Below are positions 1 to 8,769 of a DNA stretch of 32,000 bases, in pieces. The notes beneath the pieces are model-generated. The model was given only the letters and a program-made list of their open reading frames with translations, did not search any database and was not told where the DNA came from. Position numbers and translations under genes: made by a program. The stretch lies in contig NC_000964.3 of the NCBI RefSeq assembly GCF_000009045.1, positions 1,530,001 through 1,562,000 on the forward strand. Direction: 5' to 3'. Source of the stretch: Bacillus subtilis subsp. subtilis str. 168 (GTDB lineage: Bacteria; Bacillota; Bacilli; Bacillales; Bacillaceae). Each line of letters begins with the position of its first letter. Position 1 is the first letter of the stretch.

Positions 1-422
1 AAGAAGAATACACAATTGAGCTTGGAAAAGCTGACGTGAAACGTGAAGGTACTGATCTTTCAATCATCACTTACGGCGCAATGGTTCATGAATCATTAAA
101 AGCTGCTGATGAGCTTGAAAAAGACGGCATTTCTGCTGAAGTTGTCGACCTTCGTACAGTAAGCCCACTTGATATCGATACAATTATCGCCTCTGTAGAA
201 AAAACAGGACGCGCGATTGTCGTTCAAGAGGCACAAAAACAAGCCGGTATTGCTGCAAACGTAGTAGCAGAAATTAATGACCGTGCGATCCTGAGCTTGG
301 AAGCACCTGTACTTCGCGTTGCAGCGCCAGATACAGTATTTCCTTTCTCTCAAGCGGAGAGCGTATGGCTTCCAAACCATAAAGACGTTCTTGAAACAGC
401 AAGAAAAGTGCTTGAATTTTAA
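1..422 (+). CDS. pdhB: Pyruvate dehydrogenase E1 component, beta subunit (3' part, truncated by window start; in frame from nt 3)
   Basis: Frame continues upstream of the track start ([25 protein letters not shown]...); C-terminal transketolase-type sequence; immediately upstream of E2 and E3 genes. Confidence 0.95.
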   Translation, partial: EEYTIELGKADVKREGTDLSIITYGAMVHESLKAADELEKDGISAEVVDLRTVSPLDIDTIIASVEKTGRAIVVQEAQKQAGIAANVVAEINDRAILSLEAPVLRVAAPDTVFPFSQAESVWLPNHKDVLETARKVLEF

Positions 423-438
423 TCAAACTGCATAATCG

Positions 439-464
439 AGAGGGAAGATGAACGTTTTCCCTCT
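439..464 (+). other. Hairpin in the pdhB-pdhC intergenic region
   Basis: agagggaa (439-446) / ttccctct (457-464) with 10-nt loop, followed by attatatatctgtttt rather than a clean T-tract. Confidence 0.5.
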
Positions 465-536
465 ATTATATATCTGTTTTCAATGCTTACGATGTAAACT
501 TTAAAATTGCTTAATCAAACTAGGAGGTCGAGAACT

Positions 537-1865
537 GTGGCATTTGAATTTAAACTTCCAGATATCGGGGAAGGTATCCACGAAGGCGAAATCGTAAAAT
601 GGTTTGTCAAGCCTAACGACGAGGTAGACGAAGATGATGTACTGGCTGAAGTCCAAAATGATAAAGCAGTAGTAGAAATTCCTTCACCTGTTAAAGGAAA
701 AGTATTAGAATTAAAAGTTGAAGAGGGAACGGTTGCAACTGTTGGACAAACGATTATTACGTTTGATGCACCTGGTTACGAAGATCTTCAATTTAAAGGC
801 AGCGACGAGTCTGACGATGCGAAAACTGAAGCACAAGTTCAGTCAACTGCAGAAGCTGGACAAGACGTTGCGAAAGAAGAGCAAGCTCAAGAGCCTGCAA
901 AAGCTACTGGCGCAGGACAGCAGGATCAAGCTGAAGTTGACCCGAACAAACGCGTGATCGCTATGCCTTCCGTACGTAAATATGCACGTGAAAAAGGTGT
1001 AGACATCCGTAAGGTTACTGGTTCAGGCAACAACGGACGTGTTGTAAAAGAAGATATCGACAGCTTTGTAAACGGAGGAGCGCAAGAAGCTGCACCGCAA
1101 GAAACAGCTGCACCACAAGAAACAGCTGCTAAACCGGCTGCTGCACCAGCTCCAGAGGGCGAATTCCCAGAAACACGCGAAAAAATGAGCGGTATCCGTA
1201 AAGCAATTGCAAAAGCGATGGTTAACTCTAAACACACTGCTCCTCACGTAACGTTAATGGACGAAGTGGACGTAACAAACCTTGTTGCACATCGTAAACA
1301 GTTCAAACAGGTTGCTGCTGATCAAGGAATCAAGCTGACTTACTTGCCTTACGTTGTAAAAGCTCTTACATCTGCACTGAAAAAATTCCCTGTTTTAAAC
1401 ACGTCAATTGACGATAAAACAGATGAAGTCATCCAAAAACATTACTTCAACATCGGTATCGCTGCTGACACTGAAAAAGGCTTGCTTGTACCGGTTGTGA
1501 AAAATGCAGATCGTAAATCTGTCTTTGAAATTTCTGATGAAATCAATGGCCTTGCAACAAAAGCTCGTGAAGGCAAGCTTGCTCCAGCTGAAATGAAAGG
1601 CGCATCTTGCACAATTACAAACATCGGTTCTGCCGGCGGACAATGGTTCACTCCGGTTATCAACCATCCAGAAGTTGCGATTCTTGGTATCGGACGCATT
1701 GCAGAAAAAGCGATTGTTCGTGATGGCGAAATCGTAGCAGCTCCAGTCTTAGCTCTTTCTCTCAGCTTCGACCACCGTATGATCGACGGAGCAACTGCGC
1801 AAAATGCATTAAATCACATCAAGCGTTTACTGAACGATCCACAATTAATTTTAATGGAGGCGTAA
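537..1865 (+). CDS. pdhC: Pyruvate dehydrogenase E2, dihydrolipoamide acetyltransferase (442 aa)
   Basis: GTG start at 537 preceded by AGGAGGT, so the track start at 507 is too early; lipoyl domain, peripheral-subunit-binding domain ([27 protein letters not shown]) and catalytic DHRMIDG motif. Confidence 0.96.
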   Translation: MAFEFKLPDIGEGIHEGEIVKWFVKPNDEVDEDDVLAEVQNDKAVVEIPSPVKGKVLELKVEEGTVATVGQTIITFDAPGYEDLQFKGSDESDDAKTEAQVQSTAEAGQDVAKEEQAQEPAKATGAGQQDQAEVDPNKRVIAMPSVRKYAREKGVDIRKVTGSGNNGRVVKEDIDSFVNGGAQEAAPQETAAPQETAAKPAAAPAPEGEFPETREKMSGIRKAIAKAMVNSKHTAPHVTLMDEVDVTNLVAHRKQFKQVAADQGIKLTYLPYVVKALTSALKKFPVLNTSIDDKTDEVIQKHYFNIGIAADTEKGLLVPVVKNADRKSVFEISDEINGLATKAREGKLAPAEMKGASCTITNIGSAGGQWFTPVINHPEVAILGIGRIAEKAIVRDGEIVAAPVLALSLSFDHRMIDGATAQNALNHIKRLLNDPQLILMEA

Positions 1866-1869
1866 TGTT

Positions 1870-3282
1870 ATGGTAGTAGGAGATTTCCCTATTGAAACAG
1901 ATACTCTTGTAATTGGTGCGGGACCTGGCGGCTATGTAGCTGCCATCCGCGCTGCACAGCTTGGACAAAAAGTAACAGTCGTTGAAAAAGCAACTCTTGG
2001 AGGCGTTTGTCTGAACGTTGGATGTATCCCTTCAAAAGCGCTGATCAATGCAGGTCACCGTTATGAGAATGCAAAACATTCTGATGACATGGGAATCACT
2101 GCTGAGAATGTAACAGTTGATTTCACAAAAGTTCAAGAATGGAAAGCTTCTGTTGTCAACAAGCTTACTGGCGGTGTAGCAGGTCTTCTTAAAGGCAACA
2201 AAGTAGATGTTGTAAAAGGTGAAGCTTACTTTGTAGACAGCAATTCAGTTCGTGTTATGGATGAGAACTCTGCTCAAACATACACGTTTAAAAACGCAAT
2301 CATTGCTACTGGTTCTCGTCCTATCGAATTGCCAAACTTCAAATATAGTGAGCGTGTCCTGAATTCAACTGGCGCTTTGGCTCTTAAAGAAATTCCTAAA
2401 AAGCTCGTTGTTATCGGCGGCGGATACATCGGAACTGAACTTGGAACTGCGTATGCTAACTTCGGTACTGAACTTGTTATTCTTGAAGGCGGAGATGAAA
2501 TTCTTCCTGGCTTCGAAAAACAAATGAGTTCTCTCGTTACACGCAGACTGAAGAAAAAAGGCAACGTTGAAATCCATACAAACGCGATGGCTAAAGGCGT
2601 TGAAGAAAGACCAGACGGCGTAACAGTTACTTTCGAAGTAAAAGGCGAAGAAAAAACTGTTGATGCTGATTACGTATTGATTACAGTAGGACGCCGTCCA
2701 AACACTGATGAGCTTGGTCTTGAGCAAGTCGGTATCGAAATGACGGACCGCGGTATCGTGAAAACTGACAAACAGTGCCGCACAAACGTACCTAACATTT
2801 ATGCAATCGGTGATATCATCGAAGGACCGCCGCTTGCTCATAAAGCATCTTACGAAGGTAAAATCGCTGCAGAAGCTATCGCTGGAGAGCCTGCAGAAAT
2901 CGATTACCTTGGTATTCCTGCGGTTGTTTTCTCTGAGCCTGAACTTGCATCAGTTGGTTACACTGAAGCACAGGCGAAAGAAGAAGGTCTTGACATTGTT
3001 GCTGCTAAATTCCCATTTGCAGCAAACGGCCGCGCGCTTTCTCTTAACGAAACAGACGGCTTCATGAAGCTGATCACTCGTAAAGAGGACGGTCTTGTGA
3101 TCGGTGCGCAAATCGCCGGAGCAAGTGCTTCTGATATGATTTCTGAATTAAGCTTAGCGATTGAAGGCGGCATGACTGCTGAAGATATCGCAATGACAAT
3201 TCACGCTCACCCAACATTGGGCGAAATCACAATGGAAGCTGCTGAAGTGGCAATCGGAAGTCCGATTCACATCGTAAAATAA
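1870..3282 (+). CDS. pdhD: Dihydrolipoamide dehydrogenase, E3 (470 aa)
   Basis: FAD-binding [17 protein letters not shown], redox-active [14 protein letters not shown]-terminal HAHPTLGE; 4 nt after pdhC. Confidence 0.97.
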
Positions 3283-3292
3283 TTTTCATATC

Positions 3293-3328
3293 AAAAACAG
3301 CCCCGCTTTGAGCGAGGGCTGTTTTTTT
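3293..3328. terminator. Rho-independent terminator, likely bidirectional (pdhD + / slp -)
   Basis: aaaaacagccccgctttgagcgagggctgttttttt stem-loop with A and T tracts on both sides, between convergent genes. Confidence 0.9.
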
Positions 3329-3701
3329 ATTTTGACAGCACATGCTGTAATGGTTTAATGATGTCTTCTTTCTTTTTCACACATCCCTCGATTTTCACCA
3401 CGACATGGCGCTGATCAACAACCATAAGGGTAGGGACAGTTTCAATCTCATCTTCCCAGCCTTCTTTTTTATCATAGACCTTCATTTTATCTATTTGCTC
3501 GGGATAATCTTTTTCTAAATCAAGCAGTGCATCGTAATAAGGCGCTTCCTGGTCTATTTGGTTCTCATCAGAAAAAAACAGGATTTGTGTATGATGAATG
3601 TTGTCAATCCGGCTTTTTTTCATCGGATTGATGGTGGAAAGCGTACAGCCCGATAAAGCAAATACTATTATCAGCATGGGGAATACCGCGCGATATCGCA
3701 T
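3327..3701 (-). CDS. slp: Small lipoprotein with thioredoxin-like character (124 aa)
   Basis: Reverse complement of 3701-3327 reads ATGCGATATCGCGCGGTATTCCCC... = MRYRAVFP; stop is TTA at 3327-3329 on +; GAGGAG upstream on the - strand; lipobox FALSGC. The track strand (+) is wrong. Confidence 0.93.
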   Translation of the reverse strand: MRYRAVFPMLIIVFALSGCTLSTINPMKKSRIDNIHHTQILFFSDENQIDQEAPYYDALLDLEKDYPEQIDKMKVYDKKEGWEDEIETVPTLMVVDQRHVVVKIEGCVKKKEDIIKPLQHVLSK

Positions 3702-4034
3702 CTATCTTCTCCTCTGTATAAACAGTAGTTAACTAGCTTTAGTTTATCACGAGAGACGGCTTAATCTGCTTCTTGTTACCTAATTGTTATATAATTGAAA
3801 CCGTTTTTAAAGTGAGATTACATATTATATCAATCGTTTAAAATAGCAACCTGGGGTATATTGAATTTTTTGCTGCATTCTTGGATGAAAGTTCAAGAAA
3901 ACGTGCAATTACATTATGTGCTGTGGCATATATATCGAGTAAAGCTTCTGTATGAAGAAGATATTGTATGATGGAAAATGGAAAAACAAGGTGAATATGA
4001 TGATATGAAATAAAATGTGTTATACAGTTTGTTG

Positions 4035-4066
4035 TTGACATTTTAAATGTGACATATTAATATAAT
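4035..4066 (+). promoter_or_regulatory. SigA-type promoter of the SR1 transcript
   Basis: TTGACA at 4035-4040; TATAAT at 4061-4066 (20-nt spacer) or TAATAT at 4058-4063 (17-nt spacer). Start near 4072 would give about 205 nt to the terminator T-tract. Confidence 0.75.
4048..4058 (+). promoter_or_regulatory. Candidate CcpN operator overlapping the SR1 core promoter
   Basis: TGTGACATATT matches my recalled CcpN motif TRTGHYATAYW exactly. A weaker one-mismatch copy TGTGGCATATA lies at 3922-3932. Confidence 0.6.
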
Positions 4067-4071
4067 AACAA

Positions 4072-4277
4072 CAAAAGAAATTAAGCGTTTTCAAATTTCA
4101 AAGAAATGGGGAATAAGAGATGGGTACGATTGTTTGCCAAGATTGCAACGAAGCCATTCATTACTTTGAAGATGAGAAAGTGACAACATTATATGGAACT
4201 TGCTGCGGACAATGTCAATGTCCTGTTGATGAAGAGTAAAAAAAAGCATGCGGCTTAAAGCCGCATGCTTTTTATTT
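4072..4277 (+). ncRNA. sr1: SR1 dual-function small RNA, about 205 nt (ends estimated)
   Basis: Own promoter, 39-codon ORF identical to recalled SR1P, own terminator, and position between pdhD/slp and speA. Confidence 0.85.
4120..4239 (+). CDS. sr1P: SR1P small peptide (39 aa): MGTIVCQDCNEAIHYFEDEKVTTLYGTCCGQCQCPVDEE
   Basis: ATG at 4120, TAA at 4237-4239; GGGGAAT-type ribosome-binding sequence upstream; CxxC...CCxxCxC pattern; below the track's size cut-off. Confidence 0.9.
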   Translation: MGTIVCQDCNEAIHYFEDEKVTTLYGTCCGQCQCPVDEE

Positions 4278-4280
4278 TTT
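4243..4280. terminator. Rho-independent terminator of SR1, also positioned to end speA on the opposite strand
   Basis: gcatgcggct(taa)agccgcatgc stem 4246-4268 flanked by A-tract and T-tract. Confidence 0.9.
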
Positions 4281-5751
4281 ATTGAATTGCTTTTTGTTCT
4301 TTGATGACCCGGATCATATGTAAAGTCGAGTCCTCAGGTCCTTGAACAGGGAGGCCTGCGTCAAGGTTTTTAAAAATGTAGCTGATGTTTTCTTCTGTAA
4401 TAATTTCTCCTGGGATGAAGATTGGAATACCAGGCGGATATACCATGACAAATTCAGCAATAATCCGTCCGGATGCTTCTTTTAATGGGATGACTTCCGT
4501 ATTTGCATAGAAAGCATCACGCGGAGTCATTGCCAATAAAGGTATTTCTGGAAGCAGAACCTCAGTTTGCTGATGTGTTACATCTTGTTCTGACATTTGC
4601 TGTGCGATCTCAGTTAAAGCCTCTACAAGCCGGTCTGCATCATTTTGGCTGTCACCAGGAGTGAAAATACACAAAATATTGTACAGATCAGAAAGCTCCA
4701 CCTCAATATTAAAGGATTCACGAAGCCATTTTTCCACGTCATGTCCTGTCAGGCCAAGACTTTTCACAGAGATAATCAATTTTGTCGGATCATAGCTGTA
4801 AGCTGCTTTCGACCCAAGAATCTCAGAACCGACACAATAAATGCCTTCAATCTGATTGAGGCGATCTCTCGTCTGATTGGCAAGCTTGAGTGTTTCCTCA
4901 GCAAGCTGGCGGCCTTCTGTTGCAAGGCGTTTTCTGGCAACATCCAAAGAAGCGAGAAGCAAGTAAGAAGTTGACGTAGTTGTCAGCATGCTCAGGATGG
5001 ATTGCACTCTGTCTTTAGATACAAGGCCTTCTCTCATGTTTAAAATAGAGCTTTGTGTCAGTGATCCGCCCAGCTTGTGTACACTTGTCGCTGCTATGTC
5101 CGCTCCTGCCTGCATAGCCGATAGCGGCAATTCGTCGTGAAAATGAATGTGAACGCCGTGTGCTTCATCCACAAGCACTGGCACATCAAACGAATGAGCG
5201 AGTTCTACGATGCTTTTTAAGTCGGCTGCAACACCGAAATATGTCGGGTTGATGACGAGAAGCCCTTTTGCATCCGGATGCTCGGTAAGCGCCCGTTTAG
5301 CAGATTCAAGTGTAATTCCGTGGGAGATGCCCAATTCATTGTCAATTTCAGGATGAATAAAAATTGGAACCGCTCCGGAAAATACAATAGCTGTCATAAT
5401 TGATTTATGAACATTTCTTGGAATAATAATTTTATCACCAGGTCCGCAAACAGCCATTACCATTGTCATAATGGCGCCGCTTGTTCCTTGAACAGAAAAA
5501 AATGTATGATCCGCTCCAAATGCTTCAGCAGCCAGATCTTGTGCTTGTTTAATAATGCCTTTTGGCGCGTGCAGATCGTCTAATGGTTCAATATTAATCA
5601 AATCTATGCTTAACGCGTTTTCACCGATAAATTGTCTGAATTCTGGGTCCATTCCTGCCCCTTTTTTATGGCCGGGAATGTGGAATTGAACAGGCTGTCT
5701 GCTTGCATGCTTTTTCAGTCCTGTGTATAAGGGTGTTTCATGTTGCGACAA
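4279..5751 (-). CDS. speA: Arginine decarboxylase, Orn/Lys/Arg decarboxylase family (490 aa)
   Basis: PLP-binding SVHKLGGSLTQSS; TTG start at 5751 preceded by AAAGGTGGG, whereas the track begins 8 codons upstream. Confidence 0.93.
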   Translation of the reverse strand: MSQHETPLYTGLKKHASRQPVQFHIPGHKKGAGMDPEFRQFIGENALSIDLINIEPLDDLHAPKGIIKQAQDLAAEAFGADHTFFSVQGTSGAIMTMVMAVCGPGDKIIIPRNVHKSIMTAIVFSGAVPIFIHPEIDNELGISHGITLESAKRALTEHPDAKGLLVINPTYFGVAADLKSIVELAHSFDVPVLVDEAHGVHIHFHDELPLSAMQAGADIAATSVHKLGGSLTQSSILNMREGLVSKDRVQSILSMLTTTSTSYLLLASLDVARKRLATEGRQLAEETLKLANQTRDRLNQIEGIYCVGSEILGSKAAYSYDPTKLIISVKSLGLTGHDVEKWLRESFNIEVELSDLYNILCIFTPGDSQNDADRLVEALTEIAQQMSEQDVTHQQTEVLLPEIPLLAMTPRDAFYANTEVIPLKEASGRIIAEFVMVYPPGIPIFIPGEIITEENISYIFKNLDAGLPVQGPEDSTLHMIRVIKEQKAIQ

Positions 5752-5935
5752 TTGTTTTCCCACCTTTGTAATCATACCTATGCATAATAGTGTGTATTAA
5801 AATCAGTTTCTCAACCGTTTTTTAGACGTAAAACAAATGAATTATATTATGAACTTGAAAGAATGTAAAGAACAATTTATGATCAAATGAAGATGCTTTC
5901 TCTTAAGGGAAGTAAATCTACAAGGAGTGAAGAAA

Positions 5936-6202
5936 ATGGAGTATCAATATCCGATGAATGAAGATTGGACAACCGAAGAAGCAGTGGATGTGATTGCATT
6001 TTTCCAGCAGGTTGAGCTTGCATATGAAAAAGGGGCGGATCGTGAAGAACTGCTTAAAGCTTACCGCCGTTTCAAGGAAATTGTACCGGGGAAGGCCGAA
6101 GAAAAAAAGCTATGCGGCGAGTTTGAGGAACAAAGTACATATTCTCCTTATCGCACGGTCAAACAGGCGAGAGAATCTGATCACGCGAAGATTAAGATGT
6201 AA
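5936..6202 (+). CDS. yktA: Small conserved protein YktA (88 aa), UPF0223-like
   Basis: ATG at 5936 after AAGGAG (5922-5927); MEYQYPMNEDWTTEEAVDVIAFF. Confidence 0.85.
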   Translation: MEYQYPMNEDWTTEEAVDVIAFFQQVELAYEKGADREELLKAYRRFKEIVPGKAEEKKLCGEFEEQSTYSPYRTVKQARESDHAKIKM

Positions 6203-6203
6203 G

Positions 6204-6236
6204 AAAAAGAGCCGGGGGATATCCCGGCTCTTTTTT
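6204..6236. terminator. Bidirectional terminator between yktA and yktB
   Basis: gagccggg(ggatat)cccggctc stem 6209-6230 with flanking A/T tracts. Confidence 0.88.
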
Positions 6237-6873
6237 ATGCTTGTGTTACTTTTTGGGTGAGACGGTACAGAAAAGCAAGCTGTTTAAAGGCATCGTCGAT
6301 ACGCTGAAGGAATTCCTGGTTATTCATATTCAGCACTTCTTCTTTTTGGAGCTGGATGCCGCATAACAGCTCGGCTTTCTTTACAGTCTGCAAACGCTCA
6401 AACAGTGTCTTCAGCTGTTCCTTGTCCATTTCAGACTGTTTATGTACTCCCGGTTTTGTGTGATCTGCAGACCAAACGAAGCTGTCAGGGATATTTTTCG
6501 TAATGGTTTCTTGGTTCACTTCAAGCAATTTGCCGTATTCTTCTTTGATAGGGGATTCATAAATAATCGCGAACCATACAAAGACGTGGCTTTCCCATAA
6601 ACCAATTTGGAAATGCGGCAGTTTTTTATAGCCTCTTTTGCTGTTTGCGAACGCCACCCAGCTGTCAGCCGGGGGATTGACGGATCTTCTTGCGTGCTTT
6701 GCCACATGCGGAAACATTTCATCTCCGGTTAAAGCTGATAAAGTTGGGGCAAAATGTTCGCCTAGAGCTGTAAGCTTCGGACGGACCGTCTCTTTTAATA
6801 CTTCCATGCGCGCGTCTAAGCCTTCTATTGTAAATGTGTTAAAGTCTTCTTCAGTGAAACGCATTTGTGTCAT
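6235..6873 (-). CDS. yktB: Conserved protein YktB (212 aa), UPF0637-like
   Basis: Full-length [26 protein letters not shown]; GGAGGAAA upstream on - strand. Confidence 0.85.
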
Positions 6874-7112
6874 GATTTTCCTCCTTCATGCTAAGTATAC
6901 ATATTTTATCACAGTTCATACGAGCTTCAAAAAGATTGAGCGCGTTTGAAGTAAGGAGAAATGTGGTAATAAACGAGTAGGTAAACACACAATTTTCAGA
7001 ATCATGTTGCGCGTAAATAGAACAATCATACGATATAAGAAGTAATCATTGTTGAATGGCAAAATGGGATGCTTTTTTACAAACAAATGATCTCTGGAAG
7101 GGGCGAAAGACA

Positions 7113-7301
7113 ATGAGGCAAGTTGTAAAAGAGGGATTTAAGGAAGAGAAAAACAATCGTGTTGCTGTCTGGAGACTAGAGGTTGATTATGAATTGGCAA
7201 CCCTATATGAAGCAATGCAGAAAGAAAATGAAGAGCAGATTGAACAAAGCAAAAACAAACTTGAGCGACTTAGAAAAGAATGGATTCGTCTTAACGGGTA
7301 A
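7113..7301 (+). CDS. ykzI: Small conserved protein YkzI (62 aa)
   Basis: ATG at 7113 after GGAAGGGGCG; MRQVVKEGFKEEKNNRVAVWRLEVDYELATLYEAMQ. The track start at 7056 is too early. Confidence 0.8.
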   Translation: MRQVVKEGFKEEKNNRVAVWRLEVDYELATLYEAMQKENEEQIEQSKNKLERLRKEWIRLNG

Positions 7302-7314
7302 AAAAGCGATAGTG

Positions 7315-7345
7315 AAAACGAACCGCATGAATGGTTCGTTTTTAC
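7315..7345 (+). terminator. Rho-independent terminator after ykzI
   Basis: aaaacgaacc ... ggttcgttttt stem-loop. Confidence 0.8.
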
Positions 7346-7440
7346 GTGAGAAGGGATATTTTTCATTTTCCTTGCTTTTTCATTGCCGTTATCAGTATCC
7401 TATAAAATAAAAGGTCTACATAGAAGAGAGGTACGAACGA

Positions 7441-8238
7441 ATGACAAATTGGACGGAAATCGATGAGATTGCAAAGAAATGGATAAGAGAAGCAGGCGCG
7501 AGAATTACACAATCCATGCATGAAAGCCTGACAATTGAAACGAAATCAAATCCGAATGATTTAGTCACCAATATTGACAAAGAAACCGAAAAGTTTTTCA
7601 TTGATCGAATTCAAGAAACATTTCCGGGACATCGGATACTCGGTGAAGAGGGGCAAGGAGACAAAATCCACTCACTTGAGGGAGTCGTATGGATTATTGA
7701 TCCGATTGATGGGACGATGAATTTTGTGCACCAGCAAAGAAATTTTGCGATTTCCATTGGGATTTTTGAAAACGGTGAAGGTAAAATCGGTTTAATTTAT
7801 GATGTGGTGCACGATGAGTTGTATCACGCATTTAGCGGCAGAGGAGCTTATATGAATGAAACGAAGCTGGCTCCATTAAAAGAAACCGTCATTGAAGAAG
7901 CGATTCTTGCCATTAATGCAACATGGGTAACGGAAAACAGAAGAATTGATCAAAGTGTGTTAGCGCCACTTGTGAAAAGAGTCAGAGGCACACGCTCCTA
8001 CGGTTCTGCCGCTTTAGAGCTGGCAAATGTCGCGGCAGGAAGAATAGATGCTTACATCACGATGCGGCTTGCGCCATGGGACTACGCAGCCGGCTGTGTG
8101 CTGTTAAATGAAGTAGGAGGCACCTATACGACCATTGAAGGAGAGCCGTTTACCTTTTTAGAAAACCACAGTGTGCTAGCCGGAAACCCATCTATACATA
8201 AAACGATATTTGAAGAGTATCTTCATGCTCGGAAGTAG
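7441..8238 (+). CDS. suhB: Inositol monophosphatase family protein (265 aa)
   Basis: Motifs GEEGQGD and WIIDPIDGTMNFVH, plus APWDYAAGCVLLNEVGG. Confidence 0.9.
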   Translation: MTNWTEIDEIAKKWIREAGARITQSMHESLTIETKSNPNDLVTNIDKETEKFFIDRIQETFPGHRILGEEGQGDKIHSLEGVVWIIDPIDGTMNFVHQQRNFAISIGIFENGEGKIGLIYDVVHDELYHAFSGRGAYMNETKLAPLKETVIEEAILAINATWVTENRRIDQSVLAPLVKRVRGTRSYGSAALELANVAAGRIDAYITMRLAPWDYAAGCVLLNEVGGTYTTIEGEPFTFLENHSVLAGNPSIHKTIFEEYLHARK

Positions 8239-8692
8239 GCCATTTGAGCAGGATGATCTCAGCTTGTTAGAAAAGCTCGCGGAGGCTCATCCTGTATGGA
8301 AAGAGGAGGAGTTTGGAGATAAAGATGCAGAAGACTATATCATTTCCTACTCCATGTACAACGGTTCATGGCTTGTATGGGAAAAAGACGGTATGCCTGT
8401 TGCCGTCAGCTACCATCTCGAGTGGTCTCCTTCAAACGGTAAGCCGTGGCTCGGAACGGTCCTGATTGACCCGGCTGAAGAAAAAAAGGGACATGCGAAG
8501 ATGATCATTGAACAGATCAGCAAATTGCTTAGAGCGAAACATAAAGCGATGTTTGCGGGAGTTCCCATTGAGCGCAGGGAATGGATACTGTTTTTAAGCC
8601 AATGCGGCTTTGAACAGCTGAAAACGGAAAAAGATGAGAAAGGCAAATCATTTATGATCTTGGTGAAGCCTTTAGCAGAAGCTGCCGTATGA
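8210..8692 (+). CDS. ykzC: GNAT-family N-acetyltransferase (up to 160 aa; ATG at 8225 is an alternative start)
   Basis: GNAT-like WLGTVLIDPAEEKKGHAKMIIEQI; overlaps suhB by 29 nt if the TTG start is used. Confidence 0.8.
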   Translation: MKSIFMLGSRPFEQDDLSLLEKLAEAHPVWKEEEFGDKDAEDYIISYSMYNGSWLVWEKDGMPVAVSYHLEWSPSNGKPWLGTVLIDPAEEKKGHAKMIIEQISKLLRAKHKAMFAGVPIERREWILFLSQCGFEQLKTEKDEKGKSFMILVKPLAEAAV

Positions 8693-8733
8693 TAATGGCA
8701 GCTTATTTGCTGCATGCGGGTTCAATAAAAAGC

Positions 8734-8757
8734 CTCTCAAACATTGAGAGGCTTCTG
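8734..8757. terminator. Stem-loop between ykzC and yktD (convergent)
   Basis: agcctctcaa(acat)ttgagaggct preceded by aataaaa. Confidence 0.75.
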
Positions 8758-8769
8758 ATGATTTGAAAA

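Noticed and set aside
507-536. Upstream start for pdhC given by the track
   Set aside because: The ribosome-binding sequence AGGAGGT lies inside this stretch, and GTG at 537 gives the standard lipoyl-domain N-terminus.
718-3173. Many overlapping and antisense ORFs of 61-158 aa within pdhC and pdhD
   Set aside because: They lie in alternative frames of strongly coding genes and have no recognisable domains. Shadow ORFs are expected there.
3838-4041. Antisense 67-aa ORF upstream of SR1
   Set aside because: Low-complexity composition with no recognisable domain, overlapping the SR1 regulatory region.
4080-4093. Possible cre-like sequence (attaagcgttttca) just after the SR1 start
   Set aside because: The central CG and right half fit, but the left half has at least two mismatches. 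Too weak to list as a site, although minor CcpA control of SR1 is plausible.
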